A stretch of DNA of 64,000 nucleotides from a virus: UHGV virus genome UHGV-0236300; one strand, 5' to 3'. The position numbers and the translations under genes were made by a program. Position 1 is the stretch's first letter. Every line of letters begins with the position of its first letter. Positions 26,602-35,422 of this stretch are shown one piece after another. The notes below the pieces were generated by a model. The model did no database searches. It was not told where the DNA came from and worked only from the letters and a program-made list of their open reading frames with translations.

Positions 26602-27021
26602 ATGAACATTAAATCTGATAATCCGGCATATAGCTTTGATAACGCTTTTTGTCACGGTCCGGCGGCGAAAGGATTCGAAATCGATGGTAAACTAATTATT
26701 GTCAATGTTGACGGGGAAGAGGTTGCAGTATATCCGGTGGCAGACGTTAAAAGCCGTCTACAATGCCGCATAGATGTTACCGCCTATCAGCTTGATCCGG
26801 TCCGGGTAGTTGCCCTGGTCCTGGAAGAAGAAATTAAAGCAATGCACCACAGCAACAAGTTTATTGGTGACGCTCAAGATAATATGCAGGTATGCCGCTA
26901 TAAAGTTAATGAAGTGCTTAAAGAGTACGGCTATAAGGATTTAATGATCAAGCGCGATGAAAAATTCCGCTACCGTAACGACCTGGCAAATCGGATTTTT
27001 GAAATATACGAATCATTATAA
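26602..27021 (+). CDS. hypothetical protein
   Basis: ORF with SD AAGAGGTAAAAA upstream; followed by a terminator. Confidence 0.6.
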   Translation: MNIKSDNPAYSFDNAFCHGPAAKGFEIDGKLIIVNVDGEEVAVYPVADVKSRLQCRIDVTAYQLDPVRVVALVLEEEIKAMHHSNKFIGDAQDNMQVCRYKVNEVLKEYGYKDLMIKRDEKFRYRNDLANRIFEIYESL

Positions 27022-27039
27022 TTTCTTAACTGAATTATC

Positions 27040-27068
27040 AAGGGGCTTAAAGGCCCCTTTCTTTTTGT
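27040..27068 (+). terminator. rho-independent terminator
   Basis: AAGGGGC-TTAAAG-GCCCCTT hairpin followed by TCTTTTTG; closes the plus-strand cassette array. Confidence 0.7.
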
Positions 27069-27526
27069 CTGCTCTTCTCCTACCATAAACGGCCCTACCT
27101 GGCAAGTGGAATAATTGACTAGCCATCAATCCCACATACTGTACAAATATACATGGAAAATAACTATTGCATAATCTTTCATTGTGTGGTAGCAGGGCCA
27201 TTTTTACCCGTTTTCTCTCCCAAAAGTGCACGTAATGCCGCTATTGCACAAATTTTAACCTGATGCACATCTCCAATATCTTGTCAACAACTAAAAATCT
27301 TTATAAGTCATACACTTACACAGCATCGAAAGCGTGTTCTACGCGAAAAATCGAGTATAACTATAGCCGCCAGATCTCAGAATTCACGTACGCACGCCAT
27401 TCTATAGTCTGCAAAGTATTTATTCCAACCACAGAATAACGGAATAGTCAATACCTGCATAAAATAATTATTCGTGTAAACTGCATAACATAAATCAGCT
27501 CAGGTGTCAACATTTTTCGTAAACAG

Positions 27527-28322
27527 TTCGAAATTGTCACGATAAGTTATTATACACAGAGAAATCTTTAGTCGTCTAATGTTTACTGTACATTACTATA
27601 CTGACTGGAATCATTAGATGACTAAGAGAAAGATAAGAAATAATTAATAATGTAATTGTTTTACCTGTAACAATAAGGCAACTATGCAAACGAATGGCAT
27701 GGCGCGACGGAGTCGCGACATAATATAAAAGCAGTAACAATCACCCCCGTGATAGTTTTTCTGCAATCTATTATTCAGATCATAGTTGCCTTGTATTTAG
27801 TTAATCATGACATAACAAGCAAGGCAACTATAGATCTTCTAATAGTTGCCCTGCTTTTATATTATGTCATAGATTGTTATCTTGTTAATTGTTTTCATGC
27901 AAACGAATGTCATGGCTTATCATCTCTGTGTAAACAATTTGGGCGTAAACTATTCAGATGAAAACTATTCAGGCGTAAACAGTCTATGCGTAAACAGTGA
28001 GATATGGAATAGTAACAGCCGTTATTGTGTCATATTGTGTCATTGTGTCAAAGGTAAAAGTGTCAAAAGTGACAATTTTGTCACATTGTGTCAGACAAGT
28101 TTTTCTCCTCTTTGTCAAGTGCCGCATGAAAAATTTACAAACTGGTATGGTAGCATTTTTGCGGCCCTGTTTACATTCAGGAATGTATGTATAATCCTTG
28201 CTGTGTGGGCGTTTAGACGTCTGGACGGTCAGAAGTCAGCAGGTCAATATCTAATCTATTGGTTGCTAACTATATCCCACACAAATAGTAAGAAATATAA
28301 TTGTTATGTGCGTAAACAGTAA
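27527..28322. repeat. iteron-like repeats (core GCGTAAACAGT) in a noncoding region
   Basis: (T/G)CGTAAACAGT at ~27527, ~27974, ~27988, ~28310; GCGTAAACT at ~27944; AAGGCAACTAT and its reverse complement recur at ~27673, ~27783, ~27821, ~27843. Confidence 0.55.
28025..28120. repeat. array of TTGTGTCA-type short repeats
   Basis: TTGTGTCAT x2, TTGTGTCAA, GTGTCAAAAGTGACA, TTGTCACA, TTGTGTCAG, TTGTCAAG within ~95 bp. Confidence 0.55.
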
Positions 28323-28622
28323 CTCATGTTATCAATCCCTGTATGTATCGCCAGTGGTGCGCATAATGGGTATTATGTTAAATTGCCCGTAATGATAACC
28401 ATTCTCACAATGATAGGTATTCTCATTCATCCCCACAAGATAGATTGCAAATGTTGTGCCACTGTGTGAACGGCCTCACCTATTAATTTGCCTCACTGCC
28501 TCGATATTTGAGAATTATTATAAAAAATGAGAAGTATTCCCATTCCGTCCGCCTGGCAGCACTCCTGTAGGACAAGCACAACATCGGGGTATAACTGGAC
28601 CTGTTCAGATATTTCTGGCTGA

Positions 28623-29162
28623 CTCTTCAGGCCTGTGTGGGAAAAGCCAACCTCTCCGGCGGCGGGGAGGGGGGTCAATTAAAAAATTTACGTGGTGTAT
28701 GAAGCGCTCTTCAGGCAAGGTGTGTATTATGGGATGAAACCCTCTTCAGGTGATGATATTTGTGGGGGGATATTTGCTGGAAAGCCAGATATGACGGGGC
28801 TCCCGGCGGGGATGGGGTAGTACAGACAGGGAAAATGTGGGGATGTGGTGGGAGTAAATTGATCAAGTAGGTAGGATATGGAATATGTTACAAGTATGTT
28901 AAATATAGAGGTAGGATATTTGTGAGATTTGTGTGTAAAATCAAAGACTTAGGTGGTGTTGTGGTATTTTCTATAAATAATTCAAGTTTAATAGGTGATA
29001 TTTGTCTCCATCCACTTTGTGTGGTAAACAGCTCCTAATTGAATTGGTTTACAAGTGTATATAAAGTATACAAATTAAAGATATAAGAAACCCCCCTCCC
29101 CCTTCGGCTACCATTCACCTTTTCCTCTGACTGGTACTTAAACACTTATTCAGACTCTTCAG
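28623..29162. repeat. dispersed 9-mer CTCTTCAGG (4 copies here, 5th at ~29814)
   Basis: Exact 9-mer at ~28623, ~28707, ~28742, ~29154 and ~29814; about 0.5 copies expected by chance in 64 kb. Confidence 0.55.
28664..29101. repeat. 12-bp G-rich inverted repeat pair (GGGGAGGGGGGT / ACCCCCCTCCCC) flanking a GT-skewed segment
   Basis: Perfect reverse complements at ~28664-28675 and ~29090-29101; the intervening plus strand is almost devoid of C and holds G-runs. Confidence 0.5.
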
Positions 29163-29526
29163 GTTATCACCCCTATACTATATGGCAGTGACTGGTGTCC
29201 TCCGGCCCCTCTTTCGCCACCCGTCCGCTTCGCCATGCTAATGCCATAGCCAAAGGTTCGGTTGTTCACCCTGTTCACTCAGGTGTATCTCCATACCCCT
29301 TCAAACCGAAGAGAACAGAAAACCCGAATTACTCGGTAAAAGAAAAGAGAAGAACTTAATTTTATCAAGATAGGCAAGAATGTCAAGGGATGACTGCTCA
29401 CTAAACAAGCAAACAGTCATGTGTGGTAGGTAAGTAACTGGGTTGGTAGGAAATTTAGTTGGAAGATGTTATAGGTGCCTCCAGAACCTTAGCTGGGCAG
29501 CTAAACCTGCAAAGCAGACTTGTGTG

Positions 29527-29808
29527 TCAGTCCAAAGGTTCATCTACTACTTCACTGAAATCAATGTTCAGGGTCTCTTCCCAACCATCAATCTCAGCAC
29601 CAGAGTAGAGATCTTTAGGGTCTACATCAAGGGCTTCCGCAACAGCATCTATATTTAACACTTCTGGCAGGTAAGATTCATCGAATTCAAGGTAAATCAG
29701 GCCACGAGTGTTGTCAGTCCCACCAAATATTTCTATTTTCATGAAATCTCCTCTGGAAATGAGAGTGTGAACAGGGTTTATACGTTCCAATACGCTGGAA
29801 TTATGCAC
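29527..29808 (-). CDS. hypothetical acidic protein
   Basis: ORF with GTG start; very acidic composition. Confidence 0.5.
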   Translation of the reverse strand: MHNSSVLERINPVHTLISRGDFMKIEIFGGTDNTRGLIYLEFDESYLPEVLNIDAVAEALDVDPKDLYSGAEIDGWEETLNIDFSEVVDEPLD

Positions 29809-29862
29809 GTTTGCCTCTTCAGGCCATGCTTTAGCATGATAAACTTATGTGGGCTCGGTGCT

Positions 29863-30048
29863 TCATAGTCTCCCACCTCTGAACTCTTCGTGCTCGGGCA
29901 TAATAGAGAACCAGATGGCTATGATATCTTCCCACGTTAGGTCATCAGCCTCAGGATCCACCTGGGACGGAGATAGAGAATCCTCAGAATTGAAGTTTTC
30001 CTCTATCACTCCTTCAGATGTCTCTGTAGATGCATGTGTGTTGGTCAT
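29863..30048 (-). CDS. hypothetical acidic protein
   Basis: Short acidic ORF. Confidence 0.4.
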   Translation of the reverse strand: MTNTHASTETSEGVIEENFNSEDSLSPSQVDPEADDLTWEDIIAIWFSIMPEHEEFRGGRL

Positions 30049-30546
30049 GTTCCACCCGTGAGTATTCCGGCAACATGTTTAAAAAATAAGACTTTATCAA
30101 CATATGGCCGGAACGTGTCGATGCCATAAGCATATTCCTGCAACAGCCGCTATGGACGTAATGATCATCAGGATCACCACTAAAACCTCTGACAATGTTT
30201 TCATTGTGTATTCCATATTATCCAAACAATGTGTGGATACTATCACAGGGGCGGTAATGTGTCAACAGAAGCGCCGCGAGGGTTTGGTTAAAATCCGAGC
30301 GTATGGTGATTTGGGTCAAAACGGGCGTGCGTTCTCGCTACGCTCGAAATAGAGAGTTGTTTGTAGGATGACTTTAAACGCTCTGTAAGGAGATTAATTG
30401 TCTAAGGTATGGAATCGTGCACCAGATAAAGAAAAGGACGCCACAGAGCGTCCTAGGTGCCTTAAATTTGATATTTTGCTATACCCATGAGGGCTTGTCT
30501 AGGTTGGAGTAACTGAAGGGGGTCAAAAGGTGACTGTCAAAATCTT

Positions 30547-30789
30547 TCAAACTGTCCAAGTCTTTTCCTCGTCCTGACACCATCTGTGCCTGCATTTATT
30601 GTTGTAGTGCATGGAATGCATAGCGTTCTGCAACTTAATAGGTACAAGTGATTCAGGAGTAGATAGAATTGTTGGGTATGCCAGGACTATCTCGAACAAT
30701 GGAAACACATCGAAACTGAAGTCTATTTCTGCTGAGGTTGCTGGCATATAGGAGTATTTAGCTGTCGTTGTAGACATAATCCACCTCAC
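30547..30789 (-). CDS. hypothetical protein
   Basis: ORF coupled to the upstream gene. Confidence 0.45.
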   Translation of the reverse strand: MRWIMSTTTAKYSYMPATSAEIDFSFDVFPLFEIVLAYPTILSTPESLVPIKLQNAMHSMHYNNKCRHRWCQDEEKTWTV

Positions 30790-31112
30790 ACAGGCTTGAT
30801 AATACCTTCACCGAATAACTCTTCATATTTAATCTTATCAGGATCCCACTCCTGGATAATTTCGAAGACAATATCCAGCCCAGGGATAATCACTTCTCCG
30901 GTATCAAGTCTGGCAAGAACAAAACCGGAAGGTTGAATGGTTTCCCAGTTGCGACGATTAGAATAGAGAACTTCGAAAATATCGCCAACCGCAATCTGCT
31001 GATCAAGGTGCTCAAGATTCTCTTTCATATAAACGCAGCGTATTTTCCGTGCAGGCCACAGGCCCCCTGCATCACGTTCATTTAGCTCTTTTACAGTAAT
31101 CGGCATTAGCAT
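30786..31112 (-). CDS. hypothetical protein
   Basis: ORF with SD GGAGA upstream. Confidence 0.5.
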   Translation of the reverse strand: MLMPITVKELNERDAGGLWPARKIRCVYMKENLEHLDQQIAVGDIFEVLYSNRRNWETIQPSGFVLARLDTGEVIIPGLDIVFEIIQEWDPDKIKYEELFGEGIIKPV

Positions 31113-31132
31113 TTCTGATCTTCTCCATAGAT

Positions 31133-31158
31133 AGTAAAAAGAGGGGCCAAGACCCCTC
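31133..31158 (-). terminator. rho-independent terminator (minus strand)
   Basis: On the minus strand GAGGGG-TCTTGG-CCCCTC hairpin followed by TTTTTACTAT. Confidence 0.6.
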
Positions 31159-31165
31159 CTCGTTG

Positions 31166-31471
31166 TTATTCTGCAGAGCGTTTGAACAGAATGTCTGCTT
31201 CAGACATGTGCTCAACCTCTTCTTCGATTTTAGCTCGACGTTTTTCAGCTTCGTAGCGGATATCGAATTCGGTAGCCACCAATGACTTGATAAACTTAGG
31301 AGAATACAGGTGATCCTGTTTCTCGACAAGAATAATATCCTTGATAGCGTCTTTCAGATCTTTAATCTGAAGCTGAAGTTCCACCAGCTCTTCAATTGTT
31401 TTACGGAGGCGATCACGCTCTGCAGTGTCAGAAGGCAGAGAGGTGAACAGTTCAACTTTAGATTTAGCCAT
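31166..31471 (-). CDS. hypothetical protein (predicted helical)
   Basis: ORF; Lys/Glu-rich repeats suggest coiled-coil. Confidence 0.55.
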   Translation of the reverse strand: MAKSKVELFTSLPSDTAERDRLRKTIEELVELQLQIKDLKDAIKDIILVEKQDHLYSPKFIKSLVATEFDIRYEAEKRRAKIEEEVEHMSEADILFKRSAE

Positions 31472-31499
31472 AGTAAGAGTCTCCTTATATTGTTTTAAA

Positions 31500-31751
31500 T
31501 TAACGTTCTACAAAAATACCGTTCAGTTCAATAACCAGGAATTTCTGGTCTTCACTATCGTCACGTGCCAGCACCTCACAGACGTAACGGTCATCTCCGT
31601 CATCATCACAGTCAAACACAAGGCTGAGGACTTTATCATGATAAACCTTCGCCACTACCGCCTCGTAAGTGTTGCCGATTGTGAATCCAAGATAATCCCC
31701 GATGCATTTGACAACAACATGGTCGCCAGCATTTAAGTCAATCTTCGTCAT
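31500..31751 (-). CDS. hypothetical protein
   Basis: Track ORF 31500..31817; ATG 31751 (MTKIDL) after SD AAGGAG is the likelier start. Confidence 0.5.
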   Translation of the reverse strand: MTKIDLNAGDHVVVKCIGDYLGFTIGNTYEAVVAKVYHDKVLSLVFDCDDDGDDRYVCEVLARDDSEDQKFLVIELNGIFVER

Positions 31752-31878
31752 TACTGTGCTCCTTGGGTGATAATACGGTATGTAAAACTCTAACCAGAGA
31801 TGTGAATAACGCCCCAAAACACACCGATAGCGCTAAAACAGATAAGGCCATCATTAAAGCTTCAGTAAAATCAGTCAT
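31738..31878 (-). CDS. small putative membrane protein (46 aa)
   Basis: ORF below the track cut-off; SD GAGGTGAGGA; hydrophobic MMALSVLALSVCFGALF; stop overlaps the next start. Confidence 0.3.
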   Translation of the reverse strand: MTDFTEALMMALSVLALSVCFGALFTSLVRVLHTVLSPKEHSNDED

Positions 31879-31906
31879 TCCTCACCTCTTGTTAGTCACT
31901 ATACTA

Positions 31907-32221
31907 TTATTTATCTTTGCCGTCAAGAACTTTTTTAAATCTCTCAGGAATATCTCCTGTTCTTAGATAGTTCATGACCTCACAAGGTTCCCACTTAAAC
32001 TTCTTGCACAGCAGAGCGGCTGAGATTGTCTCATTGCGAAAAGAAAGGATATCAATATCCCACTCTGAGAACCCTAATTTCCGAAGAGTGGCTATAGAAA
32101 TCCTCACAGCAACCCAACAAGAGAGGCACGCAACAAACGCCACTGCCACAACCCACACCAAGATGTTCATACAGCCCCTTAATGAAATACAAGACATAGT
32201 GCCAAGGTCACTATTCAGCAA
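31907..32221 (-). CDS. putative membrane protein
   Basis: Hydrophobic segment ILVWVVAVAFVACLSCWVAV. Confidence 0.45.
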   Translation of the reverse strand: MLNSDLGTMSCISLRGCMNILVWVVAVAFVACLSCWVAVRISIATLRKLGFSEWDIDILSFRNETISAALLCKKFKWEPCEVMNYLRTGDIPERFKKVLDGKDK

Positions 32222-32258
32222 ATAATTAACAGTGCCGTTGCAACCTTGGCAAGATTTA

Positions 32259-32546
32259 TCATAGCGTCTCTAAAATTTCATACCCTTCGGGTCGGAAAAC
32301 AAGCCACTCAGGTGCTCCATTTGGTCGATACGCTTTATACAGAACAACCTGATCTCGGCACATACACATTGCTACATAGTTTTCATCCACACCTGCAGCC
32401 TGCATTGCATCTTCTTCTCCGGCAACCGCTTTGCTTACAACTTCCTTGGTAGGCAGGTGGGCGATCAGCTCGTCACCATCGTTAATTCCAAAATGGCTGA
32501 GTTCTCCATTGGTGTCTTTAATCTTGATCTTAACCAAATCTTTCAT
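32259..32546 (-). CDS. hypothetical protein
   Basis: ORF coupled to the upstream gene. Confidence 0.5.
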   Translation of the reverse strand: MKDLVKIKIKDTNGELSHFGINDGDELIAHLPTKEVVSKAVAGEEDAMQAAGVDENYVAMCMCRDQVVLYKAYRPNGAPEWLVFRPEGYEILETL

Positions 32547-32875
32547 TAGTCTTCCCCCAAGTTCAAAGGTCCTAAGATTTCATATGCCAGATTAGAAGTT
32601 ACCAGGGGATCTTCTGCATCTTTAGTATTATACCACCCGTGAATAACCAGAGTCCCACTTTTCTTCATGTCTAACTGGAACTGTTCTGCCGTTTCCTCAT
32701 CCACCTCCAAGATCTCCATGAGGTATTTGATGTTAGGAAGGTATGCAGCTGTTACAGTCCCCTCTACCCGGCCTTCAGGCCAACCTACATCCGGATGACA
32801 AGTAGGGACCAGAGAGGTCAGCTTGATAGTGTATGCTTTTTCTGCACGAGCCTTCAGTAACGGATCAATCTTCAT
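32546..32875 (-). CDS. hypothetical protein
   Basis: ORF coupled to the upstream gene. Confidence 0.5.
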   Translation of the reverse strand: MKIDPLLKARAEKAYTIKLTSLVPTCHPDVGWPEGRVEGTVTAAYLPNIKYLMEILEVDEETAEQFQLDMKKSGTLVIHGWYNTKDAEDPLVTSNLAYEILGPLNLGED

Positions 32876-33225
32876 TATTCTTCCTCCTCTTCGGTGCCTG
32901 CTTCCAGTAGTAAGTTAAGAACATCTTCAGCAGAAGGTTCGTAGAACTCTTGGCCTTCGTTGTCGATGATGCGATAGTCATCACCACGAATAATCAGAGG
33001 ATCGTCATCAAAACCTTCAAGACCTTTAACAACGACAACACGGTCGATTGCCATCATTGTAAGAACTTTATCGACATCTTCCTCTGCTACACCATACTGC
33101 AGCAGAATGTCTTTGGTAGGAGGGACAGCATCCACCACAACACCGTTACTAAAACCTTCCGGAAGTTTAGCTAAAATATCTTCCGGAACCACATTCATAT
33201 CAAAACCTGTGATCTCTACTTTCAT
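32875..33225 (-). CDS. hypothetical acidic protein (paralog family B)
   Basis: Similarity by eye to 33226..33486 and 34651..34920; poly-Glu C-terminus. Confidence 0.55.
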   Translation of the reverse strand: MKVEITGFDMNVVPEDILAKLPEGFSNGVVVDAVPPTKDILLQYGVAEEDVDKVLTMMAIDRVVVVKGLEGFDDDPLIIRGDDYRIIDNEGQEFYEPSAEDVLNLLLEAGTEEEEE

Positions 33226-33486
33226 TTACAGCACCTCTTCGTCAACTACTTCATAAAAATGGCTAGGGATTGCAATAGCGTTCTCACCTTCACCTACAAA
33301 CACAGTCCCGTCAAGGATCAACATCATAAGAATGTCTGTAATATCCTCCTCCGGAACGTTGCCAAAACCTTTAATCAACTTATATGTCGGGACATTCGCC
33401 TCTAGGATGTCGCCATCTTTAGAACGGAAATCCACACCTTCCTGAATCTCTGCCATTTCAAGGTTTTTCAATCTAATCTTCATCAA
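33226..33486 (-). CDS. hypothetical acidic protein (paralog family B)
   Basis: Shares an MKI/MKV start and an YEVV(D/E)EE-type C-terminus with 34651..34920. Confidence 0.55.
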   Translation of the reverse strand: MMKIRLKNLEMAEIQEGVDFRSKDGDILEANVPTYKLIKGFGNVPEEDITDILMMLILDGTVFVGEGENAIAIPSHFYEVVDEEVL

Positions 33487-33515
33487 TCAGTCTCCTGTCT
33501 TGTTAAGATGAAGGT

Positions 33516-33544
33516 ATTATTGCACACAGGGTTGGTGTTGTCAA
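33516..33544 (-). promoter_or_regulatory. candidate sigma70 promoter (minus strand) overlapped by a 15-bp palindrome
   Basis: Minus-strand TTGACA at 33544-33539 with an AATAAT/TAATAC -10 candidate; perfect palindrome GGTGTTG-T-CAACACC (33534-33548) covers the -35. Confidence 0.35.
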
Positions 33545-33562
33545 CACCTGTGTGGCATAAAA

Positions 33563-33958
33563 TTACTGAAACAGTGCAGATAAATTACCTTCTGGTGGGA
33601 ACTTATCTGCCAGGAATGGGGTTAGAACAGTGGCCTTCTGAAGATCTGGGGTCCACTCGTTGTTCAGAACATCCCAGTAATACGCAATGTTGCTATGTGG
33701 GTGCCGCATTACGAACTTTTTCCCTTCGTAGTCAGTTGAAACCTCTACAGAAGAAATAACAACAGAATCTTCAAGGGTTTCTTCATAGAAAGATCCACCC
33801 TCAAATTTCCAACGAGATGCAAGAGCTCCTGCCTTGAACGCTGCAGATAACGGACTGTCTGCAAGAACATACATTTCTTGCACTCTGTCACTGCGATCTT
33901 TGCTTCTTACGTTGTATACAGTATCCGAGCTATACTCAACACGGTATAGACTTACCAT
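33563..33958 (-). CDS. hypothetical protein (paralog family C)
   Basis: Paralogous to 35766..36164 (HP(D/H)S...YW...WTP motif). Confidence 0.55.
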   Translation of the reverse strand: MVSLYRVEYSSDTVYNVRSKDRSDRVQEMYVLADSPLSAAFKAGALASRWKFEGGSFYEETLEDSVVISSVEVSTDYEGKKFVMRHPHSNIAYYWDVLNNEWTPDLQKATVLTPFLADKFPPEGNLSALFQ

Positions 33959-34317
33959 TACCGAGCCTCCTCAATAACTTCCACATCTGAACCCACCACA
34001 AATGCAAAAGGGCAGGTTTCATGAAAGATATCCGGATCTCCACCAAGCTTGCTAACTATCTCTCCACCACTAATAAACACAAGCTCACCAATATTCATCA
34101 GATTGCTAAAATAGTAGCCATAATGATTGAAGAATGCAGCTGGGTCAGGTAGACTGGTGGCCTCAAGCTCTACATTGCTTGAGATCACTTTCTTATCATA
34201 CCCTCTCGCCTTTTGAGATGCAAGATCTGCAGAGTCTTCAGGAGACCGGAGATGCACAGGAATTGTTTCACCAATAAAGCGTACTTTCATATTCTTACCC
34301 CACAACCATAGCTTCAA
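33958..34317 (-). CDS. hypothetical protein (possible family A relative)
   Basis: C-terminal FVVGSDVEVIEE resembles family A tails; start may be an internal ATG. Confidence 0.5.
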   Translation of the reverse strand: MKLWLWGKNMKVRFIGETIPVHLRSPEDSADLASQKARGYDKKVISSNVELEATSLPDPAAFFNHYGYYFSNLMNIGELVFISGGEIVSKLGGDPDIFHETCPFAFVVGSDVEVIEEAR

Positions 34318-34558
34318 AAGGTGTCATAAACGAATAAACAGCATCATCATCTGCTTCAGGGAATGCCCCCAAAGACTTTATGTCTGATCCCTTGACAAAT
34401 ACAAGGTTTTGATCAAAAGCTTCTTGTGGATCAATCCGATACATATCTCGTAGGATACCACTTACCTCCTCATCAAGAGGCGAGTATGCTGTGCACGTTT
34501 TTCCAATCAAGCTTTGAGAATCAGGGTATCCACCTGAAGTTTTAAAATAAACAATCAT
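34295..34558 (-). CDS. hypothetical protein (paralog family A)
   Basis: LVFVKGSDIKSLGAFPE resembles VFILGSDLIAAGAPE of 36177..36431. Confidence 0.5.
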   Translation of the reverse strand: MIVYFKTSGGYPDSQSLIGKTCTAYSPLDEEVSGILRDMYRIDPQEAFDQNLVFVKGSDIKSLGAFPEADDDAVYSFMTPFEAMVVG

Positions 34559-34650
34559 ATAGTATCACCTCTGGTAAGAGATGGGGATTCCTTTCCCACA
34601 AATAATTACAAACCTTTCTTGTCGAGGAAAGTATGCTAACCCAAGTAGGA

Positions 34651-34920
34651 TTACTCTTCTACAACCTCATACACATCCGGAGTTACAATCAACTCTTCTC
34701 CGTTACCTGGTGCAACAAACACTACCAAACCTTCCGGTGTGTGCTTTTTAGCCATCTCGATGACATCTTCTCGCAGAGCTGGCTCCATCAGATCAAAACC
34801 TTCACCCAGAGCATCACGAACCACCTTCATGTAGTCAACTGGTTGTGCTTCAACGATCATGCCTTCAACCAGTCCACAGTTTTTGTCTGCCAGCTCAGTT
34901 TGGAATAATTTAATTTTCAT
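34651..34920 (-). CDS. hypothetical acidic protein (paralog family B)
   Basis: MKIKL start and YEVVEE end shared with family B. Confidence 0.55.
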   Translation of the reverse strand: MKIKLFQTELADKNCGLVEGMIVEAQPVDYMKVVRDALGEGFDLMEPALREDVIEMAKKHTPEGLVVFVAPGNGEELIVTPDVYEVVEE

Positions 34921-35063
34921 TTAGAGGTCTCCTCAATTATTTGATATTAATAGCCGTAACCTAACACATTAACTACAACTGCGATTGCAAACATAATTTC
35001 AAAGCATGCAATCTCTACATTTGGGACTAATTTCTTAATCATGCCCATTGTAGCACCTCAATC

Positions 35064-35375
35064 TCAAAAGTCAATCTTTACTTTACCTTTTCCCTTACCT
35101 TTCTTTCCACCGCATTTAGCCAACTGGCGTGCTGCAACATCCACCATACGGTCAGTTGCCTCGTAAGCATCGCTACCTTTAGCTTTGGCGATAACTTCTT
35201 TCCCAGAATTGTCAAAAATGAAAGCCATAACTTCCTGGTGATCATTTTCAACTTTTACACTCACACGTGCATAGTTGGCAGAGGGGTGCAAACGCTCCAG
35301 CTTGGACATTTTGTGGGAAATGAAAGACACCATACCTTCAGTGATCTCTACGTTGCCAGTGATTTCAATCTGCAT
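35064..35375 (-). CDS. hpf: ribosome hibernation promoting factor / RaiA-like protein
   Basis: MQIEITGNVEITEGM...VSVKVEN...AKAKGSDAYEATDRMVDVAARQLAK parallels E. coli HPF MQLNITGNNVEITEAL...; basic C-terminal tail. Confidence 0.8.
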   Translation of the reverse strand: MQIEITGNVEITEGMVSFISHKMSKLERLHPSANYARVSVKVENDHQEVMAFIFDNSGKEVIAKAKGSDAYEATDRMVDVAARQLAKCGGKKGKGKGKVKIDF

Positions 35376-35422
35376 AACGTGCTCCTTTTAAAGAAGAGGG
35401 AACCAAACCCTCTTTGAAAATA

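Noticed and set aside
27749-28322. Track ORFs 27749..27961 and 27882..28322 in the noncoding repeat zone
   Set aside because: Cys/Asn/Val-rich translations produced by reading through short tandem repeats; no RBS; the region is better explained as iterons.
27060-29520. tRNA genes in the large noncoding regions
   Set aside because: No cloverleaf-compatible segment with a GTTCRANNC T-loop or acceptor-stem pairing was found by eye; a tRNA scan was not run, so absence is not proven.
28617-29822. CCUGAAGAG (minus-strand reading of the 9-mer) as lambdoid boxB/nut antitermination sites
   Set aside because: The purine-rich loop resembles boxB (GCCCUGAAGAAGGGC), but stems are short or inconsistent between copies, no boxA-like element or N-like protein was found, and the strand of transcription is unknown.
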